Part shown: positions 41,444 through 51,715 of the stretch, one piece after another | How positions within the stretch are numbered: the stretch's first letter is position 1 | Layout: each line of letters starts with the position of its first letter | DNA from: Oleiphilaceae bacterium | GTDB taxonomy: Bacteria > Pseudomonadota > Gammaproteobacteria > Pseudomonadales > Oleiphilaceae | DNA: 64,000 nt | Reading direction: 5' to 3' | NCBI GenBank assembly: GCA_034110885.1 | Contig: JAWUYI010000074.1 | Span: 405-64,404 of the forward strand | The notes under the pieces: generated by a model | The model's input: only the letters and a program-made list of their open reading frames with translations | What the model was told of the DNA's origin: nothing | The model's database searches: none | Made by a program: the position numbers and the translations under genes

Positions 41444-42103
41444 ATGCTCGACTGGAAAAAAATTAAGACCGTATTCTTGGATATGGACGGCACATTATTA
41501 GACCTTCATTACGATAATTACTTTTGGCTACAGCATCTGCCGGCTCGGTATGCCGAATTGAAGTCGATGACTGAACAAGAGGCGCGTGATTATCTTGAAA
41601 CGTACTTTGTTGATCTGAAAGGTTCATTGAAGTGGTATTGTTTTGATCACTGGGCCGACATACTAGATATAGACCTTTTGGCCCTTAAGCGAGAGGTGAC
41701 GCACAAGGTTGCCTACCGGCCCCACGCTAAGACATTTTTAGAAGCCCTGCATGCTGCAAATCTTGATGTGGTGCTCGTGACAAATTCTCATAGAGCTGGT
41801 GTTGAAATCAAAATGGAACACACAGACTTAGGGAATTACATTTCTGAAATTATCTGTTCTCATGACTTAGGTTTGCCAAAGGAGAATCCAGAGTTTTGGA
41901 AAGCGCTTAATTCTGTTCGTCCTTACGATCCAGACACTACGGTGTTCTTTGACGATAACGAAGATGTTTTGCGCTCTGCGAAGGCCGCGGGATTAATACA
42001 CTTAGTTTCGATCGCGAAGCCAGATAGCCAGAAGCAAGCCAGAATAGAAAGTGACTATCTTTTACTAGAATCGTTTTTGGATATTTTACCCAAACATGAC
42101 TGA
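41444..42103 (+). CDS. yrfG: HAD-family hydrolase, GMP/IMP nucleotidase YrfG-like
   Basis: ORF track, 219 aa. HAD motif I FLDMDGTL, then VTNS and FFDDN. Sits immediately before hslR-hslO, as yrfG does in E. coli. Confidence 0.7.
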   Translation: MLDWKKIKTVFLDMDGTLLDLHYDNYFWLQHLPARYAELKSMTEQEARDYLETYFVDLKGSLKWYCFDHWADILDIDLLALKREVTHKVAYRPHAKTFLEALHAANLDVVLVTNSHRAGVEIKMEHTDLGNYISEIICSHDLGLPKENPEFWKALNSVRPYDPDTTVFFDDNEDVLRSAKAAGLIHLVSIAKPDSQKQARIESDYLLLESFLDILPKHD

Positions 42104-42491
42104 GCAAGAGAAAGTAAGGCTAGATAAGTGGCTCTGGGCAGCGCGTTTCTTTAAAACTAGAAGTCTTGCTAAAGAGGCTGTAGAAGGCGGAAAGGTCCAA
42201 TATAATGGTCAGCGTTGTAAGCCAGGTAAAGCGGTCGACTTACTCGCAGAGTTGACTATTCGCCAAGGGTGGGTAGACAAAACAGTGATTGTCCGAGGGC
42301 TGTCGGGGCAAAGAAAAAATGCAGTTCTTGCAAATGAACTTTTTGAAGAGACCCAAGCGAGCCAAGTGCTGCGGGAGCAAAAGTTAGCCCAAATCCGAGC
42401 AGAACGAGAGGGCAGCCCGATTGCATTCAAACGACCCAACAAGAGAGACCGCAGACTAATACACCGGTTTCGAGATCAAAATTCAGAATAG
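42096..42491 (+). CDS. hslR: ribosome-associated heat shock protein Hsp15
   Basis: ORF track, 131 aa. S4 domain VRLDKWLWAARFFKTRSLA..GGKV..NG. Overlaps the yrfG end by 8 nt. Confidence 0.92.
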   Translation: MTEQEKVRLDKWLWAARFFKTRSLAKEAVEGGKVQYNGQRCKPGKAVDLLAELTIRQGWVDKTVIVRGLSGQRKNAVLANELFEETQASQVLREQKLAQIRAEREGSPIAFKRPNKRDRRLIHRFRDQNSE

Positions 42492-42541
42492 TTGCATGAG
42501 CGGGTTAAAGCGCGAAGCACGTTTAAGGTAGAGAGCAGAGA

Positions 42542-43399
42542 ATGTTAGAAGGCGATTCATTTCAAAAATTTATGTTTGACGACTGTCATGTTCGCGGAGA
42601 GTTTGTGCGTTTAGGTGCGAGTTTTCAAAAAGCCTGTGCGTCGAAGAACTATCCTCAGCAGTTAAAGGCTTTGTTGGCTGAAACTTCAGCCGCGTCTGTT
42701 TTGCTAACAGGCACCTTGAAGTTTGAGGGGCGTTTGGCCATTCATGCAAGAGGTGAAGGTCCTGTTTCGTTATTAATGGCTGAAGCAACGAATACCCGAG
42801 AGTTTCGCAGTATTGCAAATTTTGATGACACAGCAGAAAACTTTGAGAATCTAACACAGATGCTTGGAAAAGCTCAGTTAGCAATCACGATTGAGCCGAA
42901 TAAGGGCAACCGATATCAGGGTATTGTGCCTTTGGAAAAGCCAACGATGGGCGAGTGTTTGGCAGACTATTTTAAGTATTCGGAGCAGTTAGATACCTAT
43001 TTTATGTTCGGTTCCGATGACCAGGGGTGTTTCGGTTTAATGCTGCAAAAACTTCCAGATTATAAGTTCATTGAAGACCAAGATGCATGGGGCCGTATTG
43101 TGCAGCTTGCTAGCACCTTATCTTTTGATGAGGTCAAAGAGTGCGATAACGCCACCTTGCTTCATCGCTTATTCCACGAAGAGAAACTGAGAGTCTATGG
43201 TTCTGAGCATGTCGAGTTCGTATGCTCGTGCTCACAAGAAAGGTCTCTAGCGTCATTAAAGGCCCTGGGCCAAGAAGAAGCGCTGGATATTCTGGAGCAC
43301 GAAGCTGTTATTGCGATCGATTGCCAGTTTTGTGGCCAGCACTACGAGTTTAATAGAGAGCATATCAATACTCTTTTTGGCTTGGGGAAAGCGCATTAG
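42542..43399 (+). CDS. hslO: redox-regulated chaperone Hsp33
   Basis: ORF track, 285 aa. C-terminal zinc centre CSCS...CQFCG. Confidence 0.93.
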   Translation: MLEGDSFQKFMFDDCHVRGEFVRLGASFQKACASKNYPQQLKALLAETSAASVLLTGTLKFEGRLAIHARGEGPVSLLMAEATNTREFRSIANFDDTAENFENLTQMLGKAQLAITIEPNKGNRYQGIVPLEKPTMGECLADYFKYSEQLDTYFMFGSDDQGCFGLMLQKLPDYKFIEDQDAWGRIVQLASTLSFDEVKECDNATLLHRLFHEEKLRVYGSEHVEFVCSCSQERSLASLKALGQEEALDILEHEAVIAIDCQFCGQHYEFNREHINTLFGLGKAH

Positions 43400-43546
43400 A
43401 TATACAAAAAATGGCGGTATGCTGCATAATTTACAAGCTGTGATATTTTAAGTCGTTTTTTGTACAGCGATTTGTCATAATGGCGCCCAAAATTTTTAGA
43501 GGCTTGAGCTCTCTCAAGCTAAATTCATATTCCAGGTGAGGTCGAA

Positions 43547-45079
43547 GTGAGCAACACTTTTATTGATCTAAGCTCAGCTCAATTAGTAGAGCATGCACTT
43601 GAGCGCAACGAAGGCACGCTTGCTGCCAATGGTTCTTTGGTTGTTACCACAGGCAAAAGAACAGGTCGCTCTCCAATGGACCGCTTTATTGTAGATGAGC
43701 CAAGTACCTCTGATGCGATTAGTTGGGGTCCAATTAATCGTCCGTTTGATGCTGACAAATTCGATGCATTATGGGAGCGTGTAGAAGCGTATCTTGCAGA
43801 AAAAGACAGCTATATCTCTCACTTACATGTTGGTGCAGATCCGGACCATTACCTTGCTGTTAAGGTCACCACGGAAACTGCATGGCAAACCTTGTTTGGG
43901 CGCAATCTTTTTATTCGTCCAGAGCAGTACAACCCTGCAGATAAGCAAGAGTGGCAGATTCTAAACGTTGCTAGCTTTGAGTGTGTTCCAGAGCGTGACG
44001 GCACAAACAGCGACGGCACAGTAATGATTAACTTTGCTCAGCGCAAAGTGCTTCTTGCTGGTATGCGTTACGCCGGTGAGATGAAGAAAGCGATGTTTTC
44101 GGTGCAAAATTTCTTGCTCCCGGAAAAAGATGTGCTTCCTATGCACTGTTCGGCAAACGTTGGTGAAGATGGTGAAACAACGTTGTTCTTCGGTCTTTCC
44201 GGGACCGGCAAGACAACCTTGTCAGCAGATCCAGAGCGATTTCTCATCGGTGATGATGAGCACGGTTGGGGTAAGGGCACTGTATTCAATATCGAAGGCG
44301 GCTGTTACGCAAAAACCATCGACCTCAGTCAAAAGAATGAACCTATTATTTGGGATGCAATTCGTTTCGGTGCAATTGTAGAGAACGTTGTAATCGACGC
44401 AGACCAACGCGCGCCAGATTACACAGATACGAGTTTAACCGAAAATGGTCGTTGTGCTTATCCTTTAGAACATGTTGAGAAGCGAGTATTAGAGAACCGT
44501 GCTGGCGAGCCAAATGCTATTGTGTTTTTGACATGTGATATGACGGGCGTATTACCGCCAGTATCATTGTTGACTAAAGAAGCGGCGGCGTATCACTTTT
44601 TGAGTGGTTATACGGCGTTGGTTGGTTCGACAGAGATGGGGTCGGACTCAAAACTTAAGTCTACTTTCTCGACGTGCTTTGGTGCACCATTCTTCCCGCG
44701 CCCTGCTGGTGAGTATGCAGAGTTGTTAATGAAGCGTATGGAAGAGTTCGGCTCTAAAGTATACCTTGTTAACACTGGCTGGACTGGCGGTGCTTACGGT
44801 GTTGGCCAACGTTTTAGTATTCCTACTACGCGCGGTATTATCAGTGCTATTCAGAGTGGCGCTTTAGCTGACACAGAAACTGAGCATCTTGAAAACTTAA
44901 ATTTAGATGTTCCGAAGTCTGTATCGGGTGTTGATGACAAGTTATTGAATCCAAGAAACACATGGGCTGACCCAGCTGCGTACGATGCAAAAGCAGCAGA
45001 CCTTATTTCTCAGTTTGTTGAAAACTTTAAGAAGTTTGATGTGTCTGACGCGATCGTTGCTGCGGGCCCGAAAGCTTAA
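43547..45079 (+). CDS. pckA: phosphoenolpyruvate carboxykinase (ATP)
   Basis: ORF track, 510 aa. Kinase-1a motif [11 protein letters not shown], then IGDDEHGW and NTGWTGG. GTG start. Confidence 0.96.
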   Translation: MSNTFIDLSSAQLVEHALERNEGTLAANGSLVVTTGKRTGRSPMDRFIVDEPSTSDAISWGPINRPFDADKFDALWERVEAYLAEKDSYISHLHVGADPDHYLAVKVTTETAWQTLFGRNLFIRPEQYNPADKQEWQILNVASFECVPERDGTNSDGTVMINFAQRKVLLAGMRYAGEMKKAMFSVQNFLLPEKDVLPMHCSANVGEDGETTLFFGLSGTGKTTLSADPERFLIGDDEHGWGKGTVFNIEGGCYAKTIDLSQKNEPIIWDAIRFGAIVENVVIDADQRAPDYTDTSLTENGRCAYPLEHVEKRVLENRAGEPNAIVFLTCDMTGVLPPVSLLTKEAAAYHFLSGYTALVGSTEMGSDSKLKSTFSTCFGAPFFPRPAGEYAELLMKRMEEFGSKVYLVNTGWTGGAYGVGQRFSIPTTRGIISAIQSGALADTETEHLENLNLDVPKSVSGVDDKLLNPRNTWADPAAYDAKAADLISQFVENFKKFDVSDAIVAAGPKA

Positions 45080-45094
45080 GTTTTCGCTCGAAGT

Positions 45095-45136
45095 TAAAAA
45101 ACCGGCCTACTTTTATCTAGTGGGTCGGTTTTTTTA
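45095..45136. terminator. bidirectional terminator between pckA and the 80-aa ORF
   Basis: ACCGGCCTAC (45101-45110) pairs with GTGGGTCGGT (45120-45129), including 2 G-U pairs. An A-run flanks it upstream and TTTTTT downstream. Confidence 0.7.
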
Positions 45137-45156
45137 TGTATAAACGATACGCAATT

Positions 45157-45399
45157 TTAGTAGGCTATCCTCAATTTATGACATCGCAATTTATAGGCGC
45201 GATCACTTAATACCCTCCGTTGTCGTTTCCAATGCTCCATCTGTCTGTTGCTTCCTCCCGCTCGTCGCTTTTGGTTAATTCTTTCTATTTGTTTTTGTAT
45301 GGACTGGCATTCTTTTTTATGACTTGCTTCGGTAGCGTGCCCTTGAAAACTAAAAGATACACTGAGCAGAAAAACGATTGGTACAGTACGAAGTTTCAT
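45157..45399 (-). CDS. hypothetical small exported basic protein
   Basis: ORF track, 80 aa. Signal peptide MKLRTVPIVFLLSVSFSFQGHA, a mature part rich in K/R/Q, and two Cys residues. Bracketed by terminators. Confidence 0.5.
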   Translation of the reverse strand: MKLRTVPIVFLLSVSFSFQGHATEASHKKECQSIQKQIERINQKRRAGGSNRQMEHWKRQRRVLSDRAYKLRCHKLRIAY

Positions 45400-45425
45400 C
45401 CTTGATCCTTGTATTGTTATTGGAC

Positions 45426-45456
45426 AATAAAAAAGCCCTGCAAGAGCAGGGCTTTG
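45426..45456 (-). terminator. rho-independent terminator of the DctM-like permease gene
   Basis: AGCCCTGC (45434-45441) pairs with GCAGGGCT (45446-45453). On the minus strand it is followed by TTTTTTATTG. Confidence 0.75.
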
Positions 45457-45473
45457 GTTTAGTGCTAGGAGAG

Positions 45474-47573
45474 CTAGTTACCTAGCCCCATCATTTGATA
45501 GAACAGCGGGGCAAAGGCAACGAGTACCAGTACAGTACCCATTGTTATCATTGGCATGAGTATCTTCTCATGACGCTGATAAAATGTACCTTCTGATAAG
45601 GTCGCTTTTAGCACCTCTTCTTCACCCACAACCTGTCGTGTTAATAGATGATTCAGTGCTACTGGAGGGCTCAGGTAGCCTAATTCAAATGCAACTAGGG
45701 TCAGCATCCAGAAGTGAACCGGGTCGATCCCTGCTTGATAAGCGATAGGTGCAATGGTCTGACTTACTAAGATAACGGCGCCGAATGGCTCCATGATCAT
45801 CCCCATAACAATCAGCACGCATACAAGCAGCCCCATGGCAGTCCAAATGCTAGTGAAATCCTGAGGGAACATTTCAACGACACCAGAGCGCTCTATCATT
45901 CCACCTAGGCAAATTGTGCACCCAATTAGCAGCAACAAAGCGCCAATTTCTGCAGTGGTTTGGTTTGTAGCGCCACGAATGCAAGATTCGATGCCTTTAT
46001 GAGGTGTAGTAGATTTGCCGTCTTCGCTAACTGAATCTTTCTTTGTAATATGCTCATAGATAAGGAAAGCAAGCATCATGATAGGAAGGATTCGTGCTGC
46101 AGAGAATTCGTCCAATCGGACATTAACTGCAAAGCGATAGAATAAAACAACACCTACCATACAAAGAACGTAAGGAATTAGCGGGCGCATGTTCTGTAGC
46201 ATGACAGGAACTGCTTCAGACGGTGATGCCAATTCAATTTTGTTCTGACGGTTAAGCGTCATAGATACAATGAAGAACATTAGGGCGCTTAGCAAGAATA
46301 CATAAATCCCCCAACCGAATAGCTGGTCAGTCGTTACTTCTCTATTCATAAACGCAATAACGACAACAAGTAGGCATGGACGTAATACAACACCCATGGA
46401 GCCAGACATTGCGGTTGCTGCTAGTGCAAGTTGACGTCGTGCCCCGGCCGCTCTCAATTCATGATAAATGACCGCGCCTGCTGCGATAACGAAGATGCCT
46501 GAACCGCCGGTATATGCGGTTGGGATCGCGGCTAACACGACTACAAAGAAGGCGAGCATTTCCGGAGGCATTTTCCAGGGTTTGAAGAGAGCCAATACTA
46601 ATGACGCAAAACGCGTTTGCTTTAGCATCATACCAATCCAGACATAAAGCCCAACGTTCAAGAACATGTCAGATAGATCAAGAAGCTTATCTAGGTAGAT
46701 GCCTAGAGCGGCTGGGTTTGGCTTGTTGCCTTCACCTAGCCCTAAGAAAAAGAATGTCGCAGCGATAATTGTCATAGTTGCGTACAGAGGTATCGCAAGA
46801 CCTGCACGACCAAAAGAGCCGCCCTTAGTTAAATTGCTCGGTGGGCGGAATAGATTAATTAGGCTGACAAGTGTAAGTAAGCCAAAGCCATAGACCCAGA
46901 GTTCGTGGATGAATGCGACTTCAGGAGTGACTTTACTTCCATCCGAATGAACGAGCGTGCGGAAAGATAAAGATGACCAAAATAGTACGCCGTTTGCTAT
47001 TAACTGAGCAGAGCTGGCGACATAGTGGTCCATTGATGACATCACGGGTCGCATAGCAATGTGATGTCGTTTAAACGTAGCTGTCATTGCGCAGAGCAAA
47101 ATGAGAGCAATCAAAATAAACTTTTGCGACATTATCCCGATCGCAATAGCTTCGGAGAAAAAGAGTTCAACCGACCTAAATGCTCTTAAGGGGGGGGTGA
47201 TGCGTTCTGAAAGAACATCATATGATTCGTATTTTTGAACGCAGTCTAGTCTCGCGTTTTCGATTGATTGTCGAATGAGTTCCGGATCTGCTGGTTCGGA
47301 GTCAAAAAGGCCAAAGCCCATATCGTCCTCTGCGTTTTCAGCGATGCGAGCCTGTACTGCGGCTTCAACATTTAAGTTGCGATCACAGATAGGCTGAACG
47401 GGGTCCACCCTGAGCTTGTAATAGCCAGCCCAGTAATGTTCGCCCACACGAAGTATTTGGTTATGTATATCACTGCTTGTACTGAAAATGACTACCATTA
47501 GTAGCAATATGCAAGCAGGGAGTGACGAAAGCCACTCCGTAGACGAGCGACTTTTAATAGTGTTGGAAACCAC
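45474..47573 (-). CDS. TRAP-type (DctM superfamily) large permease with long N-terminal extension
   Basis: ORF track, 699 aa, many TM segments. The C-terminal half carries DctM-like blocks (TAYTGGSGIFVIAAGAV, MSGSMGVVLRPC, AGIDPVHFWMLTLVAFELGYLSPPVALNHLL). GTG start with AGGA upstream. Confidence 0.7.
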   Translation of the reverse strand: MVSNTIKSRSSTEWLSSLPACILLLMVVIFSTSSDIHNQILRVGEHYWAGYYKLRVDPVQPICDRNLNVEAAVQARIAENAEDDMGFGLFDSEPADPELIRQSIENARLDCVQKYESYDVLSERITPPLRAFRSVELFFSEAIAIGIMSQKFILIALILLCAMTATFKRHHIAMRPVMSSMDHYVASSAQLIANGVLFWSSLSFRTLVHSDGSKVTPEVAFIHELWVYGFGLLTLVSLINLFRPPSNLTKGGSFGRAGLAIPLYATMTIIAATFFFLGLGEGNKPNPAALGIYLDKLLDLSDMFLNVGLYVWIGMMLKQTRFASLVLALFKPWKMPPEMLAFFVVVLAAIPTAYTGGSGIFVIAAGAVIYHELRAAGARRQLALAATAMSGSMGVVLRPCLLVVVIAFMNREVTTDQLFGWGIYVFLLSALMFFIVSMTLNRQNKIELASPSEAVPVMLQNMRPLIPYVLCMVGVVLFYRFAVNVRLDEFSAARILPIMMLAFLIYEHITKKDSVSEDGKSTTPHKGIESCIRGATNQTTAEIGALLLLIGCTICLGGMIERSGVVEMFPQDFTSIWTAMGLLVCVLIVMGMIMEPFGAVILVSQTIAPIAYQAGIDPVHFWMLTLVAFELGYLSPPVALNHLLTRQVVGEEEVLKATLSEGTFYQRHEKILMPMITMGTVLVLVAFAPLFYQMMGLGN

Positions 47574-47619
47574 GAAGTTCCTACCCCCAATTTTGTTATA
47601 AGTTATTTATTGTTTTAGA

Positions 47620-47649
47620 CAATAAAAAAGCCGATAGATTATATCGGCT
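47620..47649 (-). terminator. rho-independent terminator after the lipoprotein gene
   Basis: AGCCGATA (47629-47636) pairs with TATCGGCT (47642-47649). On the minus strand it is followed by TTTTTTATTG. Confidence 0.7.
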
Positions 47650-47771
47650 CTAGGGGTGTTTTAACTAGGACTATCAGACCCTATTTCGTTCCATTTAAGG
47701 TTAATTACTTCTCGCAAGAGCAATAATCATGAGAACTGCGTCACAAATGTTAATAAGGCCTCGTAAAGTCC

Positions 47772-48830
47772 TTAGAATAGGTCGTCTAGGTCAACGGTTT
47801 CAATGTCGTCTGCGGCATTCTCATCCCAGAATGTACCAAGGCCACCCATCGGTGTTCGTTTGCCTGTATTTTCGGTCCACATCTTATCAGAAAGGCGCAT
47901 TAGTACTTCTGTCGCTGTGACGTCAAATAGTTTGTACTGTGCGTTCGCAGGAAACTCTTCTATCGCTGCGGCGTGTCGTTTAAGTATCGACCTTAGGCGC
48001 TCGTCATCCCCTTTTGAGTAGGCAGCGATCGCATGGAAAACATGAGGTAAGCGTACGCGTGCTTTTTCACCAATTACGTCTGCTTCTTCTAGTCGTTTCC
48101 ATGGATCTTCACCTTCTGGTGTTGCGCCAGGTAAAAGTGACCAGACAGCAGCCTTAAGAGCAAGAGGTGCGCCGAACCATTTCTTATTGTCTAGACAGCC
48201 AACCGCTCGCTCAGCTTGTGCAGCAATGTTTTTTGGAACTCCAATGTAAGACCCGGAAAGAATGTCGTTGTTAAGAGCAAGCAGTCCACTAACAAGGCCT
48301 GCAAACCATACAATTTGATCAAAATCTTGCACAAGCTCGGGACACTCGCCACCAATTTCTTTACCGTCATTAAATTCAATTAGCTGGTCCCATGCTACTA
48401 GGTAGCGCTTTGCAGCTTTTAAGTTGTGTCGCTTTTGTGCAGTTAGAGCATCTTCAGCAAAGTCAGGTTGAAGCGCTCGGATATAGCGAAGGTACTCGAG
48501 CTCTTTTTCTGCAGCGCGTGCTTCTTCACAACCACCTGCACCTAAGTGAAGCAAAATGGCGAGTTCATGCGGTTCTTCCGTTATTCGGCCTAGCGACATT
48601 ACCATTGAGGTTAATGCTTCCGCGCCAGCACAGCCCGCCTCTGTGTCATCGGTAGTCAGTAAATATGGGACAATATGCGCTTCGCCAAGCAGTGTGACGG
48701 TGTCGCCGGTAGGCTTAATAAATGGCTTTACCAAAAATTGGTTAATAGCTTTACATCCACCAAAAATTGACGCCATGACTACACACAAAATAAGCCAACG
48801 AACTTTCCGAAGTACGTTTGTACGATCCAC
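47772..48830 (-). CDS. hypothetical lipoprotein (possibly TatT-like TRAP accessory component; unverified)
   Basis: ORF track, 352 aa. GTG start with GGGAG upstream. Lipobox ASIFGG-C, a largely helical-looking body, and an acidic C-terminus ending DLDDLF. Confidence 0.6.
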   Translation of the reverse strand: MDRTNVLRKVRWLILCVVMASIFGGCKAINQFLVKPFIKPTGDTVTLLGEAHIVPYLLTTDDTEAGCAGAEALTSMVMSLGRITEEPHELAILLHLGAGGCEEARAAEKELEYLRYIRALQPDFAEDALTAQKRHNLKAAKRYLVAWDQLIEFNDGKEIGGECPELVQDFDQIVWFAGLVSGLLALNNDILSGSYIGVPKNIAAQAERAVGCLDNKKWFGAPLALKAAVWSLLPGATPEGEDPWKRLEEADVIGEKARVRLPHVFHAIAAYSKGDDERLRSILKRHAAAIEEFPANAQYKLFDVTATEVLMRLSDKMWTENTGKRTPMGGLGTFWDENAADDIETVDLDDLF

Positions 48831-49095
48831 TCAAAACTCCCAGAAGTTACCATCCTTTCCCGAATGGCATTTAGAATACATTAATGCTCAAATTATCTAA
48901 CAAGCGTTAGCCGTTTTGTGAGATCAAAGCCACAAAGCAGCTAATAAGGGCAAAATAGAATGTCAAAACCAGTAAATTTTACTTTGAAACACATTTTTAA
49001 TTGCAAGATAGGTGAACTCAGCTATCTTAGAAAGCGGTGAATAGTACGCTAAAATAAAAACTGAAGCACAAAGAATTCAATTCGATGAGGATGTT

Positions 49096-49368
49096 ATGAA
49101 AAAGCCTGAACTTATAGCCGCCATTGCAGAGCAGACTGGATTAACGAAAGATAAATCTGGTGAAGTTTTAAATATTATTACTGATGAAATTACCAATGCG
49201 ATGGTCAAGAATGACCCAGTAAGCCTGATTGGCTTTGGAACTTTCTCGCAGCGAGCCCGTAGCGCACGCACGGGAAAGAACCCCCAAACAGGAAAAACCA
49301 TTCAAATTGCAGCGAGTAAAAGCGTGGGGTTTAAACCCGGAAAGTCTTTAAAAGACGCTGTTAACTAA
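49096..49368 (+). CDS. hupB: DNA-binding protein HU (beta-like)
   Basis: ORF track, 90 aa. GFGTFSQRARSARTGKNPQTGKTIQI arm and C-terminus GKSLKDAVN. Confidence 0.92.
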   Translation: MKKPELIAAIAEQTGLTKDKSGEVLNIITDEITNAMVKNDPVSLIGFGTFSQRARSARTGKNPQTGKTIQIAASKSVGFKPGKSLKDAVN

Positions 49369-49380
49369 ATCTCTTAACGA

Positions 49381-49420
49381 AAAGAAGCGCATTATGTTTT
49401 ACATGACGCGCTTCTTTTTA
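49381..49420. terminator. bidirectional terminator between hupB and the pyrC'-like gene
   Basis: AAAGAAGCGC (49381-49390) pairs with GCGCTTCTTT (49408-49417), followed by TTT. A-rich on the other side. Confidence 0.6.
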
Positions 49421-49424
49421 GCTC

Positions 49425-50699
49425 TTAAGACGACTGTTTTTCATATACTAGCTCGCCGGAGCGCAGCGTGTGTGTTACTTCAGTCAGTAATTTGTGCCCA
49501 ATAATCGGCGAGTTTTTACCAAACGATTTCATGGAACCGGCCTTTAACTCTTTCGCATTGCCGCTTGATATAATCGCTAAGTTGGCAGAAGCCCCTATTT
49601 CAATCAAGGGTGCATGTCGCTTAAGCGCCTTGCTTGCACCTAGTGTCATTGCTTTGACGAAAGCTTCTACTGACAACTCACCGCTATTATCAAGCATTTT
49701 CGCATAGTGCATTAAGTGCTCAATTGTACTTAAGCCTTTTGCTGATTCAGCGAACGGTGCTTGCTTATCACTGTTTCCACAAGGTTGGTGTGCACTGCAT
49801 ATCGCATCAATAGTGCCATCTTTTACTGCGTTTATAAGGCTGAGTCGGTCTGTTTCGTCTCTTAATGGTGGGCAGCAATGAAACACGCTGCTAAAGCCTT
49901 GAACTGCTTCATGTGTATAGACAAGATTTGCAACGGCGACATCTGCGGTGACAGTAAGTCCATCGTTCTTAGCTTTCCGAATCAAATCGACAGACTCTTT
50001 GCATGAAACTTGTGCTAAGTGCAGATGCGCGCCTGAGTTCTTAGCTAGCATAATCAATTGAGACACAGCGATGCTTTCGGCTAGGTATGAGATGCCTTGT
50101 AATCCAAGCATGGTGCTTACTGAGCCACTGTGCATGCTGCCCTGATACAAAGACCGCTCCATCGGGTGAACAAACACACTTAAGCCGTAGGTATGGGCGT
50201 AGTCAAAACAACGTTTCGTTGTTAACAAATCATTGATCGGCAGGTAAGCGTTACTCAAGCCAATGCAGCCGGCATCTCTAAGTTCTGCATATTCCGATAA
50301 GGCTTCGCCTTGCAGTTGTTGCGTTAATGCACCGAGCGGTAGAATTTCAACCTTAGATTGCGCGCTGGCTAGGCTAGCAAGTAACTTGCTAGCGGCGGGT
50401 GAATCATTGATTGGCGATATGTCTGGGCTACAGCAAAATGTGCTAACTCCGCCGGCCACAGCAGCTTCAACTTCACTATGCTCGGTGTTCGAGTTGGTGG
50501 TTGCTTTTTTTAAGGTGACGTTAAGGTCGATAAGTGCCGGTATGACGCGCAGGCCCGAGCAGTCTATTGTTCTTTCAGTATCTATATCAGCATCTTGGTC
50601 GATGCTTTTGACTTTACCATCTTCAATATAAATGCTTTTGAATGATTTCCATGTTTGATCCGGGCTTAAATACTGCCCATCGACGAGTTTTAGCTTCAC
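49425..50699 (-). CDS. dihydroorotase-like protein, probably non-catalytic (PyrC' type)
   Basis: ORF track, 424 aa, amidohydrolase fold. Where catalytic enzymes carry D-x-H-x-H, this protein reads IDLNVTL. Overlaps the pyrB stop by 4 nt, the same arrangement as Pseudomonas pyrB-pyrC'. Confidence 0.8.
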   Translation of the reverse strand: MKLKLVDGQYLSPDQTWKSFKSIYIEDGKVKSIDQDADIDTERTIDCSGLRVIPALIDLNVTLKKATTNSNTEHSEVEAAVAGGVSTFCCSPDISPINDSPAASKLLASLASAQSKVEILPLGALTQQLQGEALSEYAELRDAGCIGLSNAYLPINDLLTTKRCFDYAHTYGLSVFVHPMERSLYQGSMHSGSVSTMLGLQGISYLAESIAVSQLIMLAKNSGAHLHLAQVSCKESVDLIRKAKNDGLTVTADVAVANLVYTHEAVQGFSSVFHCCPPLRDETDRLSLINAVKDGTIDAICSAHQPCGNSDKQAPFAESAKGLSTIEHLMHYAKMLDNSGELSVEAFVKAMTLGASKALKRHAPLIEIGASANLAIISSGNAKELKAGSMKSFGKNSPIIGHKLLTEVTHTLRSGELVYEKQSS

Positions 50700-51688
50700 G
50701 CGCTTTGAGCCTCTTTAAGTAAGTTCTTGGCTTCTGTTTGACCGCTCATGGCCATCGACATTACTGCCATGCGGACCGCGATACCATTTGTTACTTGATC
50801 AAGAATGACCGACTGTTTGCCGTCAGCCACAGCGGATTCGATCTCGACTCCTCTGTTAATTGGGCCGGGGTGCATCACGATGGCATCAGGCTTTGCATAT
50901 TTAAGAGCGTTTTGCGTTAAACCGTAACGTTTATAGTATTCCTGCTCACTAGGTAGCAAAGCGCCGTGCATTCGCTCGCGTTGTAAGCGCAGCATAATGA
51001 CAACGTCTAAATCTTTTAAGCCAGCGCTAAGTTGGTTGAAAACGGTTGCGCCTAGTGATTCTATTTCTGGGGGCAGTAGTGTGTTGGGTGCAATCACTCT
51101 TACTTCATCTGCGCCTAGCATCTTTAAGGCACGAATTTGTGAACGAGCAACTCGTGAGTGCAAGATATCCCCGATGATTCCAACCTTTAGCCCTTCGATG
51201 CGACCTTTCTTTTGCCTTATCGTGAGCATGTCGAGCATTGCTTGCGTTGGATGTGCATGCCATCCGTCGCCAGCGTTGATGATACCGACGCCAGGTGTCA
51301 CTGACTCTGCAATAAAGTGAGGAGCTCCGCTCTGCGCGTGACGCACGATAAACATATCGCTGGCCATGGCTTCGAGATTCATAAGCATATCGGATAAGGA
51401 TTCGCCCTTGGATGTCGCGGACGTTCGGATATCTAAGTTGAGTACGTCAGCAGAAAGACGTTTTGCTGCAAGCTCGAAGGTGCTCCGCGTTCTTGTGCTG
51501 GGCTCAAAAAATAGGTTAACCACGGTCTTGCCGCGCAGAAGAGGAACATTGCGTATGGTTCGCTCCCCTACCTCAATAAAGGAATCTGCCGTATCAAGGA
51601 TGGAGGTAAGCAAGGCCTTATCTAATCCAGAGATACTAAGAAAATGCTTTAAGTTACCGTTGTGGTTAAGTTGCAGTGATGAGCTCAT
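50696..51688 (-). CDS. pyrB: aspartate carbamoyltransferase catalytic subunit
   Basis: ORF track, 330 aa. Motifs [13 protein letters not shown] and HPGP. Confidence 0.96.
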   Translation of the reverse strand: MSSSLQLNHNGNLKHFLSISGLDKALLTSILDTADSFIEVGERTIRNVPLLRGKTVVNLFFEPSTRTRSTFELAAKRLSADVLNLDIRTSATSKGESLSDMLMNLEAMASDMFIVRHAQSGAPHFIAESVTPGVGIINAGDGWHAHPTQAMLDMLTIRQKKGRIEGLKVGIIGDILHSRVARSQIRALKMLGADEVRVIAPNTLLPPEIESLGATVFNQLSAGLKDLDVVIMLRLQRERMHGALLPSEQEYYKRYGLTQNALKYAKPDAIVMHPGPINRGVEIESAVADGKQSVILDQVTNGIAVRMAVMSMAMSGQTEAKNLLKEAQSA

Positions 51689-51715
51689 TGCACGTATTCG
51701 CCTTTGATGAGTCAG

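Noticed and set aside
45423-47632. Identical 15-mer GACAATAAAAAAGCC at 45423-45437 and 47618-47632. It forms the T-tail and stem base of the two terminators that flank the DctM-like gene.
   Set aside because: A single exact 15-nt match is roughly what chance allows among the order of 10^9 position pairs in 64 kb, and more so for A-rich sequence. The hairpin stems themselves are unrelated, so this is not evidence of a repeat family or mobile element.
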